A stretch of DNA of 49,648 nt from an uncultured Candidatus Saccharibacteria bacterium (GTDB lineage Bacteria > Patescibacteriota > Saccharimonadia > Saccharimonadales > JAGQNK01), in the NCBI GenBank assembly GCA_964636435.1, contig CAZWRS010000005.1, positions 1 to 49,648 of the forward strand, written 5' to 3'. The translations under genes and the position numbers were made by a program. How positions within the stretch are numbered: the first letter of the stretch is position 1; each line of letters begins with the position of its first letter. This document shows positions 27,262 through 36,853 of the stretch, piece by piece. The notes beneath the pieces are model-generated. The model saw only the letters and a list, made by a program, of their open reading frames with translations, was not told where the DNA came from and did no database searches.

Positions 27262-27613
27262 CGATCATCTCCAACAACTTCTGGCCCTCTTCGGGCTCCA
27301 AGTGATGCTTGCACTCACTCGCCTGCTTGATGGCTCGCCAGAATTTGTCATGCAGATCAGGATACTTTTCCAGATGCTCTGGCTTAAAGTAGTCTGCCCA
27401 CAGCACCATAAGGTGGTGCTTTACCAGCTCAGCACGCTCTTCTTTGATAATAATTGCCCGGGTTTTGTTATGGTCATCCAGCCCCGGATACTTATCCATG
27501 ATGGCCTTCACGCTCTCCGCCTCAATGCGTGCTTGCGCCGGATCATAGACGCCACAGGGCAAATCGCAGTGTGCATACACCGGCTTAATAAATCCCGAAA
27601 TTAGCTTAAACAT
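27224..27613 (-). CDS. sodN: Nickel superoxide dismutase precursor
   Basis: Ni-hook HCDLPCGVYDP after a 14-aa leader; KEERAELVKHHL..LW.DYFK; GAGGAGG SD. Confidence 0.96.
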   Translation of the reverse strand: MFKLISGFIKPVYAHCDLPCGVYDPAQARIEAESVKAIMDKYPGLDDHNKTRAIIIKEERAELVKHHLMVLWADYFKPEHLEKYPDLHDKFWRAIKQASECKHHLEPEEGQKLLEMIDEIAEIFKATKS

Positions 27614-27675
27614 AACCCCTCCTCAGTTACCTTTTCAGTATAGCAACTACCGCTGAATATTTTCTGTAATCGAAG

Positions 27676-28329
27676 TTACTTCTTTTGCGCGTCGGCTTGC
27701 TCACGGCGCCAGGCTTCAATGGCAGCGTGATTACCACTGAGGAGCACTTCGGGCACTTTCATGCCACGAAACTCCTCTGGCCGGGTGTATTGCGGAAACT
27801 CCAGGTTATCTCCGTGGCTAAAGCTCTCTATCTCAGCGCTCATTTCACCGCCGAGTACGCCGGGAATTAAACGGACTACCGCGTCCACTATCACCATAGC
27901 TGCCAGCTCTCCGCCTGTTAGCACATAGTCGCCGATACTAATTTGTCGATCCACCAGCGTCGTAATGCGTTCGTCGTACCCTTCGTACCGCCCGCAAATG
28001 ATAATCATACCCCTGTTTTCGCCAGCTATTTCTCGCGCCCGCTGCTGCGTAAACCTATCGCCACGTGGTGTCATGAGGTATACCAACGCGCCTGGGTCCT
28101 GCGCCTTGGCATGCTCGACAGCCGCAAATAACGGCTCAGGCTTCAGCAGCATACCGTCGCCGCCGCCATACGGGGTATCGTCAACTGTCTTGCGCGGTCC
28201 TAAGCCAAATTCACGCAAATTAACGTAGTCGTATTCAGCCAGCCCCTTGTCTTTCGCCTTCCAGAGCATGGATGTCTCCAGCACGGGCGCGAACATTTCT
28301 GGAAACAAGCTGATAATCTGTATTTTCAT
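27676..28329 (-). CDS. trmD: tRNA (guanine-N1)-methyltransferase
   Basis: [37 protein letters not shown] and LLSGNH motifs. Confidence 0.97.
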   Translation of the reverse strand: MKIQIISLFPEMFAPVLETSMLWKAKDKGLAEYDYVNLREFGLGPRKTVDDTPYGGGDGMLLKPEPLFAAVEHAKAQDPGALVYLMTPRGDRFTQQRAREIAGENRGMIIICGRYEGYDERITTLVDRQISIGDYVLTGGELAAMVIVDAVVRLIPGVLGGEMSAEIESFSHGDNLEFPQYTRPEEFRGMKVPEVLLSGNHAAIEAWRREQADAQKK

Positions 28330-28352
28330 AGTCATATCTTATCCTATAAAAC

Positions 28353-28384
28353 CACTAAAACCCGGTGGTACCCGGGTTTTAGTG
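28353..28384. terminator. 13-bp stem hairpin between khpA and trmD
   Basis: CACTAAAACCCGG / CCGGGTTTTAGTG with a 6-nt loop. Confidence 0.5.
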
Positions 28385-28511
28385 TCACATAAAGCTCCCA
28401 CATATAGTGGCTCGCAATGAGCTTATCGAGTGTTTGTTTTTGAAAGTTCTTGATCTTTGTATAGACCAGAAATAACTCTACAGCATGAGCGCTTCGTTTG
28501 CAAGCGTCAAT

Positions 28512-28880
28512 TTAGATATCCAGGTCGTCAAGATCTTCGAGCTCTTTACGGGTATTCTTTACGACGTCACTTTCGGCTGGCTCTTCCTCAGCCTCTGGCT
28601 CACTACCTGTGTCCGGCGCTGAAGTCACCGTGCCGGTCGTATCGACAATCTTCAGATTATAACGGGCATCATTTTTGGTACCAAGTGCCCGTAGTAACGT
28701 TCGCAGACTCTGGGCGGTTGCGCCGCGCTTACCGATAACTCGGCCGAGGTCTTCACCGTCGACTGTAAGTTCCAAAAGTACGCCTTTTTCATCTATGCGC
28801 CGCTCGATTTGAACAGCATCTGGATTGCTAACGAGTGACTTGACAATAAACTCTACGAATTGTTGATCAATTGTGCTCAT
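28512..28880 (-). CDS. khpA: KH-domain RNA-binding protein (KhpA-like) with acidic tail
   Basis: DLGRVIGKRGATAQSLRTLL GxxG motif; downstream of rpsP. Confidence 0.88.
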   Translation of the reverse strand: MSTIDQQFVEFIVKSLVSNPDAVQIERRIDEKGVLLELTVDGEDLGRVIGKRGATAQSLRTLLRALGTKNDARYNLKIVDTTGTVTSAPDTGSEPEAEEEPAESDVVKNTRKELEDLDDLDI

Positions 28881-28948
28881 GTGCGGTCGGTCCTCCATTA
28901 CAGTCTTCCCCATTATACACCACGCGCCCGTAAGGCAAGACGGCACAT

Positions 28949-28980
28949 AAAAAAGCCCCGTGTTTTTCGGCGGGGCTTTT
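28949..28980 (-). terminator. Intrinsic terminator after rpsP
   Basis: AAAAGCCCCG...CGGGGCTTTT, with a T-run on the minus strand. Confidence 0.75.
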
Positions 28981-29009
28981 ATGTATCAGCGGCAAGGTAA
29001 GTGCTTGCT

Positions 29010-29405
29010 TTAAGCTTCCTGCTTTTCTTCTGCGTCGACAGCCGCCTCCTCAGCTGGCGCCTCGGCTGGCTCTTCTGCGACCGGCTCTTCTTTCGGCTGG
29101 TTCTTGCGCAGTTTTTCTACATTCTTAATGGCACGCTGCTTCTTTGCCTCGAGCTTAACCCAGTTAGGCAGCTTCACGCCCTCACTCTTGAGCAGGCGAG
29201 CCGCACGGTCAGATGGCTGGGCACCATGCTCTAGGTAAAACGATGCCTTCTCCTTATCGATGACGGCTGTCTTGGTGTGTGGATTATAGTGGCCTAGGAG
29301 CGCCACCACACGGCCACTGCTAGGGGTCCGGCGTGAGTCTTGAACGACGACGCGGAATTGAGCGTGACCCTTACGGCCAGTACGCTGCATACGAATGACT
29401 AACAT
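29010..29405 (-). CDS. rpsP: 30S ribosomal protein S16
   Basis: MLVIRMQRTGRK..AQFRVVVQDSR, LGHYNP, GAQPSD. Confidence 0.97.
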   Translation of the reverse strand: MLVIRMQRTGRKGHAQFRVVVQDSRRTPSSGRVVALLGHYNPHTKTAVIDKEKASFYLEHGAQPSDRAARLLKSEGVKLPNWVKLEAKKQRAIKNVEKLRKNQPKEEPVAEEPAEAPAEEAAVDAEEKQEA

Positions 29406-29477
29406 TTCGTTAACTTCTCTCTTCCCTTTAAGGTGTTACTAAATACCGGCTAAGTCTACAGTCTTTGACCTCTGTTG

Positions 29478-30182
29478 TCAAGAAGCCTTCGCTTTAAGGG
29501 ACCGGAGTGCAGCTTCGGCAGCAGCAACCTGAGCGTTTTGCTTGCTGGGGCCTGAGCCCTTGCCCCGAAGGCCGCCGTCGACAAACACCCCGACCGTAAA
29601 GATTTTTTCATGATCCGGCCCCTCCTCACCGAGTACTTTGTACTGCGGCGTGTGACCCTCCTGGCTCTGAACAATCTCTTGCAGGTGTGACTTAGGATCC
29701 ATCCAAGAACCAGTCTGTAGGATCTCTTCAAAGGTGACTAAAAGATTCTTTTCAATGAATGCCTTGGCAGCATCATATCCCTGGTCTAGGTACAGAGCAC
29801 CAATAACTGCCTCGAACGCATTAGCCAAAATTTGCGCCCTGGCCCGCGGCGTACCGCGCTTCTCGCCACGACTCAGCCTGAGTAACGGCTCAAAATCAAG
29901 CTTGGCCGCCGCGGCGCCAATACTCTCCGTACGCACCAAGGCGCTGCGCCAGTTTGTTAGCACCCCTTCAGGCTCTGTAAAGTTGGCATATAGGTACTCG
30001 GTCACGACCAGCTCTAGCACCGCGTCACCGAGAAATTCTAGCCGCTCGTTATGCTCACGAGCCGTTTTTTTATGCTCGTTGACATACGATCGATGCGTAA
30101 AGGCCGTCACCAGCAACTCAAGCTGCTGAAATGTGACCCCTAGCTTTTCTTGTGCAAATGTCTGGTATTTACTAAAGTCCAT
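29478..30182 (-). CDS. rnc: Ribonuclease III
   Basis: THRSY, NERLEFLGDAVL signature, ANAFEA, dsRBD with GPDH. Confidence 0.98.
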   Translation of the reverse strand: MDFSKYQTFAQEKLGVTFQQLELLVTAFTHRSYVNEHKKTAREHNERLEFLGDAVLELVVTEYLYANFTEPEGVLTNWRSALVRTESIGAAAAKLDFEPLLRLSRGEKRGTPRARAQILANAFEAVIGALYLDQGYDAAKAFIEKNLLVTFEEILQTGSWMDPKSHLQEIVQSQEGHTPQYKVLGEEGPDHEKIFTVGVFVDGGLRGKGSGPSKQNAQVAAAEAALRSLKAKAS

Positions 30183-30189
30183 GCTTTTC

Positions 30190-30720
30190 TTATAGTCCGG
30201 CTTGGCGAATTTTCTTCAGTCCCAACAGTATTATCTTGCCAATATCTTCGTACTCGATCTTGTCTAACGCCTGGGCAGCAGGGAACCACTTGATGCCATT
30301 CATCCAGTCTTCTGGCTGCAACTTATCGGTGTCACCCCGCCCCTGCACCAGGAATATCTCGGTCGTCATCAGCACCAGACTGGTGCCACGCCGGTAGCGA
30401 AAGTTAATCTTACCCAGCCAGTTCAGCACTTTTATTTCCTGCAAACCCGTCTCTTCACGGATTTCACGCTCGGCCGTTTCCTTGGCTGATTCGCCCTCCT
30501 CGATGTGACCCTTAGGAATAGTCCAGCGATCCTTGGCATCTTGAATCAACAGGATTTCAATATCATTACTCTTTTGATTGCGACGGAAAATAATGCCCCC
30601 GGCGGTCGGCTCGCGGACTACTTCGCTAATTGCAGGGCGCCGTTTATTAACAAACTTTTTGATGCCCTGAATCGGCTTCTGGATGCCCTGGAAGGGCTTT
30701 GGTCGCTTCGGTTTCTTCAT
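30190..30720 (-). CDS. NUDIX hydrolase
   Basis: Nudix box [23 protein letters not shown]. Confidence 0.9.
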   Translation of the reverse strand: MKKPKRPKPFQGIQKPIQGIKKFVNKRRPAISEVVREPTAGGIIFRRNQKSNDIEILLIQDAKDRWTIPKGHIEEGESAKETAEREIREETGLQEIKVLNWLGKINFRYRRGTSLVLMTTEIFLVQGRGDTDKLQPEDWMNGIKWFPAAQALDKIEYEDIGKIILLGLKKIRQAGL

Positions 30721-31196
30721 GCTTTTTCGACTTTCTTCGGTGTATCAGGCGACGGCTCTTTATCCGTGCCGCCAGCGTGTTCTTTGAACAGCGTGCCGAG
30801 CACGCCGTTGACGAACTTGCTGGAGTTCTCGCCGCCAAAACTCTTGGCCAGTTCGACAGCTTCGTTAATAACGACTTTGGGCGGTACATTGTCTCCGAAC
30901 AGCAGTTCGTACGCGCCCATTCGGAGCACAATACGGTCCATACGTGCTATCTGATCAATCGGCCACTCGGGCGCTATTGGCTGGAGAACTTTATCCAGCT
31001 CCGCCCGTTTTGCATCGACGCCTTGTACCAGGTTCGCGATAAATTCCTGGTCCTCGACCATGTCTTTATAGCGACTGATATTCCTGGCCAAGACCACCTC
31101 GAGCTTAAACGCCTTATCCTGACATTCAATACGAAACTCTTGCTCGTACAGCGTTTGCAGTGCGATGATGCGTCCGAGGTGGCGGTTCGATGCCAT
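30717..31196 (-). CDS. nusB: Transcription antitermination factor NusB
   Basis: [46 protein letters not shown]. Confidence 0.97.
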   Translation of the reverse strand: MASNRHLGRIIALQTLYEQEFRIECQDKAFKLEVVLARNISRYKDMVEDQEFIANLVQGVDAKRAELDKVLQPIAPEWPIDQIARMDRIVLRMGAYELLFGDNVPPKVVINEAVELAKSFGGENSSKFVNGVLGTLFKEHAGGTDKEPSPDTPKKVEKA

Positions 31197-31257
31197 ATTG
31201 TTAATTCCTTGTTTAGAGGTGTATCACGTATCAGTATACGCTACTGATACAAAACGC

Positions 31258-31404
31258 TTAAGCAGCTTTTTTACCAGTTTCGCGCTTCGTGGTGCGCACT
31301 TTTACTGGCGACTTAGCGTTGACGGCCCGCGCTAGCTTAAGCACCAAATGGCTGCGGCGAGCACCAGTGCGACGCGGGGTGGTTCGTTTCTTAGGCTTAC
31401 CCAT
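31258..31404 (-). CDS. rpmF: 50S ribosomal protein L32, 48 aa, Cys-free (absent from the ORF track)
   Basis: MGKPKKRTTPRRTGARRSHLVLKLARAVNAKSPVKVRTTKRETGKKAA*; PKKRT...RRSH is the L32 N-terminal signature. Confidence 0.8.
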   Translation of the reverse strand: MGKPKKRTTPRRTGARRSHLVLKLARAVNAKSPVKVRTTKRETGKKAA

Positions 31405-31505
31405 ACGTAAACATAACTCCTGTTTCTTGGTTTAATCCGACAAATATTGCATCTCATTCTAGCGCAAAAACAGATATAACTCAAGGGCTAATCAGAGGAT
31501 AGCTA

Positions 31506-31534
31506 TTGACAAAAACGTATTATTTTGATATAAT
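31506..31534 (+). promoter_or_regulatory. Consensus sigma70 promoter
   Basis: TTGACA (31506-31511), 17 nt, TATAAT (31529-31534) with a TGn extension; ATG follows at 31542. Confidence 0.85.
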
Positions 31535-31541
31535 TCAGTTT

Positions 31542-31856
31542 ATGAATCGTCATGATCGCATTACTGGTTATAGAGCAGAGTCGAGTATCCTTGACCGGAT
31601 ACTCGACCACCCGCGCGCTATCGTTGTCGGCATCGCAGCCGCTGGCGTAGCTATCGTGGGCCTTACCCATTTAGAGGAGTCGCACCAGGCTCGACTGGAC
31701 GAGATCCAAGCTTGTGTCGATGAGGAACTAGGACCTGGCGTTCATCAGGTTACAGACCATCCTGAGACCCGAAGGGTACTCAAGCCCGAAGAGCATTATG
31801 AACTCATAGATGCCTGCCAGAAAGAGGTGGTCGCGGCTAATAGCACAGGAGGTTAA
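31542..31856 (+). CDS. Hypothetical single-TM protein
   Basis: TM segment AIVVGIAAAGVAIVGL. The track start at 31506 is actually the -35 hexamer. Confidence 0.7.
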   Translation: MNRHDRITGYRAESSILDRILDHPRAIVVGIAAAGVAIVGLTHLEESHQARLDEIQACVDEELGPGVHQVTDHPETRRVLKPEEHYELIDACQKEVVAANSTGG

Positions 31857-31860
31857 GCGT

Positions 31861-32178
31861 ATGAATCTTTTTAACCGCAAAAAAGAACCAAAACTAATCG
31901 AGGGTCTGACGGACCCAATCAGTCACGTGCGAAAAGCACCGTACGACTGGGCGGTTGATGCGCCTGATCTTGCACCGGAGCATGACGCAGCATACAACGA
32001 AGCGCAGCAGGCTACTGTTGAGCAGCAGTCAAATGTCATCAACATAGCAGACTACGCTGGCAAGACTGCCCTAGAGGGTACTAAGCAGGACTTTGTGCGA
32101 GCAGACGACACTATCGATCCATCAGTCGTGAACCACATCCAAGAGCTACCGCCAGAATTGCAAAATCCCAGCGAGTAG
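31861..32178 (+). CDS. Hypothetical acidic protein
   Basis: AGGAGG SD before the ATG at 31861. Confidence 0.68.
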   Translation: MNLFNRKKEPKLIEGLTDPISHVRKAPYDWAVDAPDLAPEHDAAYNEAQQATVEQQSNVINIADYAGKTALEGTKQDFVRADDTIDPSVVNHIQELPPELQNPSE

Positions 32179-32188
32179 CCATAGCCTC

Positions 32189-34624
32189 CTAGCTAACGAC
32201 GAAGTTCACCAACCGGCCCGGGACATAAATCTCCCGGGTTATTTCTTTGCCTGCTAGGTACTGTGCAACTTTCTCGTTTGCCTTCGCTCCAGCTATCACT
32301 GATTCTTGGTCGGCATACTGCGCTACCTCTATTTCTGCACGCACCTTGCCGTTTACCTGCACGACAACTTTCATCGCATCTTGGGCGAGCAGCTCATTGT
32401 CCCACGCTGGCCACTCACTGACATGCACTGACTGGCTATGCCCTAAATTATGCCAGAGCTCTTCGGCAATGTGAGGCGCGAACGGAGCAAGCAACTGTAC
32501 TAGCGCGGTCAAAGCAGTTTTCCACGAAGCGGTATCACTAAAACCCTTGTCCGCCTTAATCTTGTACAGCTCGTTCGTCAGCTCCATAAGGGCAGCGACC
32601 GCTGTATTGAAGCCCATGTCGTGCATATCTTCAGTAACACGCTTTATAGTCTTGTGAGCGCTCGCAACAACCTCTGGCTGGCTGTCTTCTGCGTGGTCCG
32701 CTTCCAGGAACTCATGCACTAACACCCAAACCCGCTGCAGGAAACGGAAACAGCCGCCAAGCCCCTCTACACTCCAGGCAGCCTCTTGATTCCATGGCCC
32801 TATGAATAGCTCCATCAAGCGCACTGAATCTGCGCCGTAACCTTGTTCAATGAGCTCATCCGGTGCAATAACATTTCCCCAACTCTTACTCATCTTGCGG
32901 CCATCTGGGGCTAAAATCATACCTTGGTTGCGCAGAGCCTTGAACGGCTCATCAAATTCAATGAGCCCAGCATCAAACATCACTTTGGTCCACATTCGTG
33001 CATACAGCAGGTGCATTACCGCATGCTCGGCGCCTCCAATATAGTCGTCTACCGGCAGCCAGAACTTGACCTTCTCTTTACTAAACGGCTCCTCATCGTT
33101 GTGCGGATCGGCAAAACGTAAGAAATACCAACTTGAACAGGCAAACCCGTCCATGGTGTCCGTTTCCCGCTTTGCCGGACCACCGCACTGCGGGCAAGTA
33201 GTATTTACCCAATCATGTACGCTGGCAAGTACGCTCGTACCTTCACCTGTCGGCTGATAGCTCTCAACATCTGGCAGCTCAACGGGCAGCTGCTCATCCG
33301 GAACTGCCACAGCCCCGTCTTTCTCGCAATGCACTATAGGAATCGGCGCGCCCCAGTACCTTTGGCGCGATATCAGCCAATCACGAATTTTGTAGTTTAC
33401 CTTTTCGTTCGCCAGTCCTTGCGTAGCTAAGTCGGCCACTACCTTTTCGCGCATATCTGAAGTTCGCATACCATCGTACTGACCGGAGTTCTTAACCACT
33501 CCTTCGCCGCCAAAATTATCATCTGCACCATCCTTGTCATAGACCGCAACCACTGGCAAATCAAACTTCTGGGCAAACTCATAGTCACGTTCGTCGTGAG
33601 CAGGAACAGCCATGATGGCTCCCGTGCCATACCCATACAGGACATAATCTGCTATCCAGACTGGAATTTTTTTGCCATTCACGGGATTGAGAGCATAGCC
33701 GCCAGTAAACACGCCAGTTTTCTCACGATCAGTTTCTTGGCGCTCTATTTCACTCTTTGCCTGTGTTGTTTTTTTGTACTCTGCTACCGTTTCTTTTTGC
33801 GATTCTGTCGTTATTACTTCGACCAAAGGATGCTCCGGCGCTAACACCATGAACGTCACACCAAACAAAGTATCTGGTCGCGTCGTGAAGACTCGAATCT
33901 TGTCGTCTTCTCTGCCATCGATACTGAAGTCAAGCTCCGCGCCCACACTACGACCGATCCAGTTGCGTTGCATCGACTTAATAGAGTCGGACCAGTCGAG
34001 CTTATCCAAATCGTCTATGAGCCTATCCGCATACTCAGTAATTTTAAAGAACCATTGGTTCAAAGGCTTTTTCGTCACCAAGTTACCACAGCGCCAGCAC
34101 TTACCAGCTTCAACTTGCTCATTAGCCAACACAGTCTTGTCAGTGTCACACCACCACTGCAGACTAATATCCTGATAGGCTAGACCTCTCTCGAAGAGTA
34201 GCTTAAAAAACCACTGCGTCCACTTGTAGTAGCTAGGGTCTGATGAATTAACTTCGCGGCTCCAGTCATAGCTAAAGCCCATCTGTGTTAACTGCTGCTT
34301 GAACTTTCCTGTGTTTTCAGCAATTGCCTGCTGGGGACTAATATTATGCTTGATAGCGTAGTTCTCTGCCGGCAACCCAAAGGCGTCCCAGCCCATGGGA
34401 TGGAGGACGTTTTCTCCCTGCATCCGATGAAAGCGGGCGACCGCATCACCTATTGTATAGTTTCGTACGTGACCAACATGCATGGCCGCACCGCTGGGGT
34501 AGGGAAAATACTCGAGAACATAGCGCTTCGGCCTAGTTGGATCTTCTGCTGCTCGGTATATACCACTCTGCTGCCACTTCTCTTGCCACTTCGGCTCAAT
34601 ATCTTTAGGATTGTATCGCTTCAT
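32189..34624 (-). CDS. leuS: Leucine--tRNA ligase
   Basis: FPYPSG..HVGH, GWDAFGLPAENYA, CP1 TTRPDTLFG and GTGAIMAVPAHD, KMSKS. Confidence 0.98.
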   Translation of the reverse strand: MKRYNPKDIEPKWQEKWQQSGIYRAAEDPTRPKRYVLEYFPYPSGAAMHVGHVRNYTIGDAVARFHRMQGENVLHPMGWDAFGLPAENYAIKHNISPQQAIAENTGKFKQQLTQMGFSYDWSREVNSSDPSYYKWTQWFFKLLFERGLAYQDISLQWWCDTDKTVLANEQVEAGKCWRCGNLVTKKPLNQWFFKITEYADRLIDDLDKLDWSDSIKSMQRNWIGRSVGAELDFSIDGREDDKIRVFTTRPDTLFGVTFMVLAPEHPLVEVITTESQKETVAEYKKTTQAKSEIERQETDREKTGVFTGGYALNPVNGKKIPVWIADYVLYGYGTGAIMAVPAHDERDYEFAQKFDLPVVAVYDKDGADDNFGGEGVVKNSGQYDGMRTSDMREKVVADLATQGLANEKVNYKIRDWLISRQRYWGAPIPIVHCEKDGAVAVPDEQLPVELPDVESYQPTGEGTSVLASVHDWVNTTCPQCGGPAKRETDTMDGFACSSWYFLRFADPHNDEEPFSKEKVKFWLPVDDYIGGAEHAVMHLLYARMWTKVMFDAGLIEFDEPFKALRNQGMILAPDGRKMSKSWGNVIAPDELIEQGYGADSVRLMELFIGPWNQEAAWSVEGLGGCFRFLQRVWVLVHEFLEADHAEDSQPEVVASAHKTIKRVTEDMHDMGFNTAVAALMELTNELYKIKADKGFSDTASWKTALTALVQLLAPFAPHIAEELWHNLGHSQSVHVSEWPAWDNELLAQDAMKVVVQVNGKVRAEIEVAQYADQESVIAGAKANEKVAQYLAGKEITREIYVPGRLVNFVVS

Positions 34625-34649
34625 ATACTCGCTATTATAACAGAGGTAG

Positions 34650-35945
34650 CTAGATGACGAAATTGGCTATCGCCTGCAGGGTACGCGTAAACAACGCGTC
34701 GTCCTCTTCGAGCAGCGTCATCCGGAAACCTGGCACATAGCTATTGAAGCCGGAAGTGAGTGGTACCGTACAGATACCGGTCGCGGCCATCAATCGATAG
34801 CAGAACTCTTTGTCGAACTCACCAGCCGGCACATTACCGAGCGCCTCTCGTAGCAACCCTTCAGCCTCAGCATTATGTGCGGGTTTATTGCGAATTTGTT
34901 TCAACAACTCCTCTTTAAGCGTGACCGACAAGTAGAAAGCACCCTTCGGCTCAACTACCTGAAAGTGCGGTACAGCTCCGAGCACCTCGACCGCTTCCCG
35001 TGCCCGTTTTCGGTACTTTTCTCGCCGCTGCTTGAGATGGGGCTCATAGCGCCGGTCGCCGAGGATATGTGGCAGCACGGTTTGTGGCAAGGTCGTAGAG
35101 CACACCTCGGTCATTTTAGCCTCCTCAATAGATAGCGCATAGCGGGCAAACGCATCATCTCGCTCGAGGTTATAGAACTCAAGCCAGCCACACCGACTAC
35201 CCGGCCACGGCACTTCTTTGGAAAGTCCACGCATAATGATTGTCGGTAAATCGCCAGCCACTTCGGCGACAGACGTAAAGTTCTCAGCATCGAATGCTAA
35301 TTTGGCGTAGATTTCGTCCGCAATCAGGAAAAGATTATACTCCCGCGCAATATCTGCAAACGCCTGCAGCACCTCCCGTGGGTAGACGGTGCCCGTAGGG
35401 TTATCGGGATTTATAACGAGTAGCGCCGCAATGTTTGGATTGTACTTAACCTTATTCCTAATATCTTCCATATCTGGCAGCCACCCCTTGCTGGGATCAA
35501 GATTATAGGTCAACATCGGTGATCGGCCATGCGCGCCCTCAATCGACGAGTGCGTCGGGTAGGCTGGATTCGGCCCCAAAACTCGGGCGACGGGGTTAAG
35601 CCATGTGTAAAGTTTAGTTATAGCATCACCCAGACCATTAAAAAATAAAATATTTTCTGGCGTCAGGCTGCTACCGGATTCCGCATTACGCGTAGCCGCC
35701 AAAAACTCCCGGGCCTTAGCCAACCCCTTCGTCGGCGAGTAGCCGTAGGCTTCATTACTTTCTGCCTCGGCCGCCACAAGTTCCCGTATCCACATCGGTA
35801 CCTGCTCCCCTTTTGCGACTGGGTCACCGATGTTCTCCATAGTCATGTCCATACCCGTATCAGCCAACTTCTGCGCCAGCCTGACAATCCCTCGAATTTC
35901 GTATCGGAGCTCACCGGCTCCGGGGTGTACAATATTGAGCCTCAT
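34650..35945 (-). CDS. PLP-dependent class I/II aminotransferase (AlaA/AlaT-like)
   Basis: NIGDP, GYSPTKGL, INPDNPTG, ADEIY, LSKEVPWPGSRCGW (PLP Lys), PKGAFY. Confidence 0.85.
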   Translation of the reverse strand: MRLNIVHPGAGELRYEIRGIVRLAQKLADTGMDMTMENIGDPVAKGEQVPMWIRELVAAEAESNEAYGYSPTKGLAKAREFLAATRNAESGSSLTPENILFFNGLGDAITKLYTWLNPVARVLGPNPAYPTHSSIEGAHGRSPMLTYNLDPSKGWLPDMEDIRNKVKYNPNIAALLVINPDNPTGTVYPREVLQAFADIAREYNLFLIADEIYAKLAFDAENFTSVAEVAGDLPTIIMRGLSKEVPWPGSRCGWLEFYNLERDDAFARYALSIEEAKMTEVCSTTLPQTVLPHILGDRRYEPHLKQRREKYRKRAREAVEVLGAVPHFQVVEPKGAFYLSVTLKEELLKQIRNKPAHNAEAEGLLREALGNVPAGEFDKEFCYRLMAATGICTVPLTSGFNSYVPGFRMTLLEEDDALFTRTLQAIANFVI

Positions 35946-36853
35946 GCTAATTCCTCCTCTGCCATCTCGATGAATCGTTCAACCAGATCCTGCATTGGCA
36001 TACCAGCAGCTGCCGCACTTTTAGGATATAAGCTTTCACTCGTCATGCCTGGTATCGTATTTATCTCCAGTACCACCATACTGCCATCCGGACGGACGAT
36101 TATATCAACACGTGATATATGGCGGCAGCCTGTCAGCGCATGCACCTGTTCTGCCATACGTTGCGCTTCATGCTGGGCTTCCGGCGAAATACTTAACGGT
36201 GGGCAGAGCTCCTGTGTGGCGCCATTGTACTTGTTGGTAAAGTCGAATTCGCCGTCAGCGGGTGGCTGGATCTCAATAACCGGCAGGGCGGCTTGGCCTA
36301 AAATCGGCACCGTTATCTCAACCCCTTCAACAAGCTCTTCTAAAATAGCTCGGTCATCAAGCTTAAAAACCTCAGCAATCTGCGCCTCATCAACCTTACC
36401 CGGCTGCTTCACGAACACGGTACCGATACTGGAGCCGCCACGAGCAACTTTGAGTATATGCGGCTTACTGGTCAGGTCACTCTCCTGGTAGGTGCGCCTG
36501 TCAACAGCCAGTCCCTGCGGAACCGGCACATTATTGCTAATAAGTATTTCCCGTGTCTGCGCCTTGTCGAAGCACACCCTCGAGGCAATGCTGCCGGAAC
36601 CTAAAAAGCGCAGGTGAAGCTTTTCCAGCTCGAGCTGCAGCACGCCGTCTTCCCCGCCAGCTCCGTGCAAAATCGGTAAAACCACATCGGTACCATCAAG
36701 CGTGCTCAAGAATTCCAGCCCGTCCGCTGGATTATAGAACTCTGGCTCATGGCCACGGCCCCTGAGTGCCTGCATAACATTATCAGCAGACTGAAGAGAT
36801 ATATCGCGCTCCGGCGAGTCACCGCCACCCAGTACCACGATTCGCCTAGCCAT
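35942..36853 (-). CDS. ddl: D-alanine--D-alanine ligase
   Basis: VLGGG.SPERDISL.S, LHG.GGEDG, CFDK, GSSIG, DFTNKY, LEINTIPGMT..SLYP. Confidence 0.95.
   Translation of the reverse strand: MARRIVVLGGGDSPERDISLQSADNVMQALRGRGHEPEFYNPADGLEFLSTLDGTDVVLPILHGAGGEDGVLQLELEKLHLRFLGSGSIASRVCFDKAQTREILISNNVPVPQGLAVDRRTYQESDLTSKPHILKVARGGSSIGTVFVKQPGKVDEAQIAEVFKLDDRAILEELVEGVEITVPILGQAALPVIEIQPPADGEFDFTNKYNGATQELCPPLSISPEAQHEAQRMAEQVHALTGCRHISRVDIIVRPDGSMVVLEINTIPGMTSESLYPKSAAAAGMPMQDLVERFIEMAEEELA

Noticed and set aside
31228-31250. Terminator after rpmF
   Set aside because: A 9-bp hairpin is present, but the U-run precedes it on the transcribed strand and it contains a TATACT, so its function is unclear.
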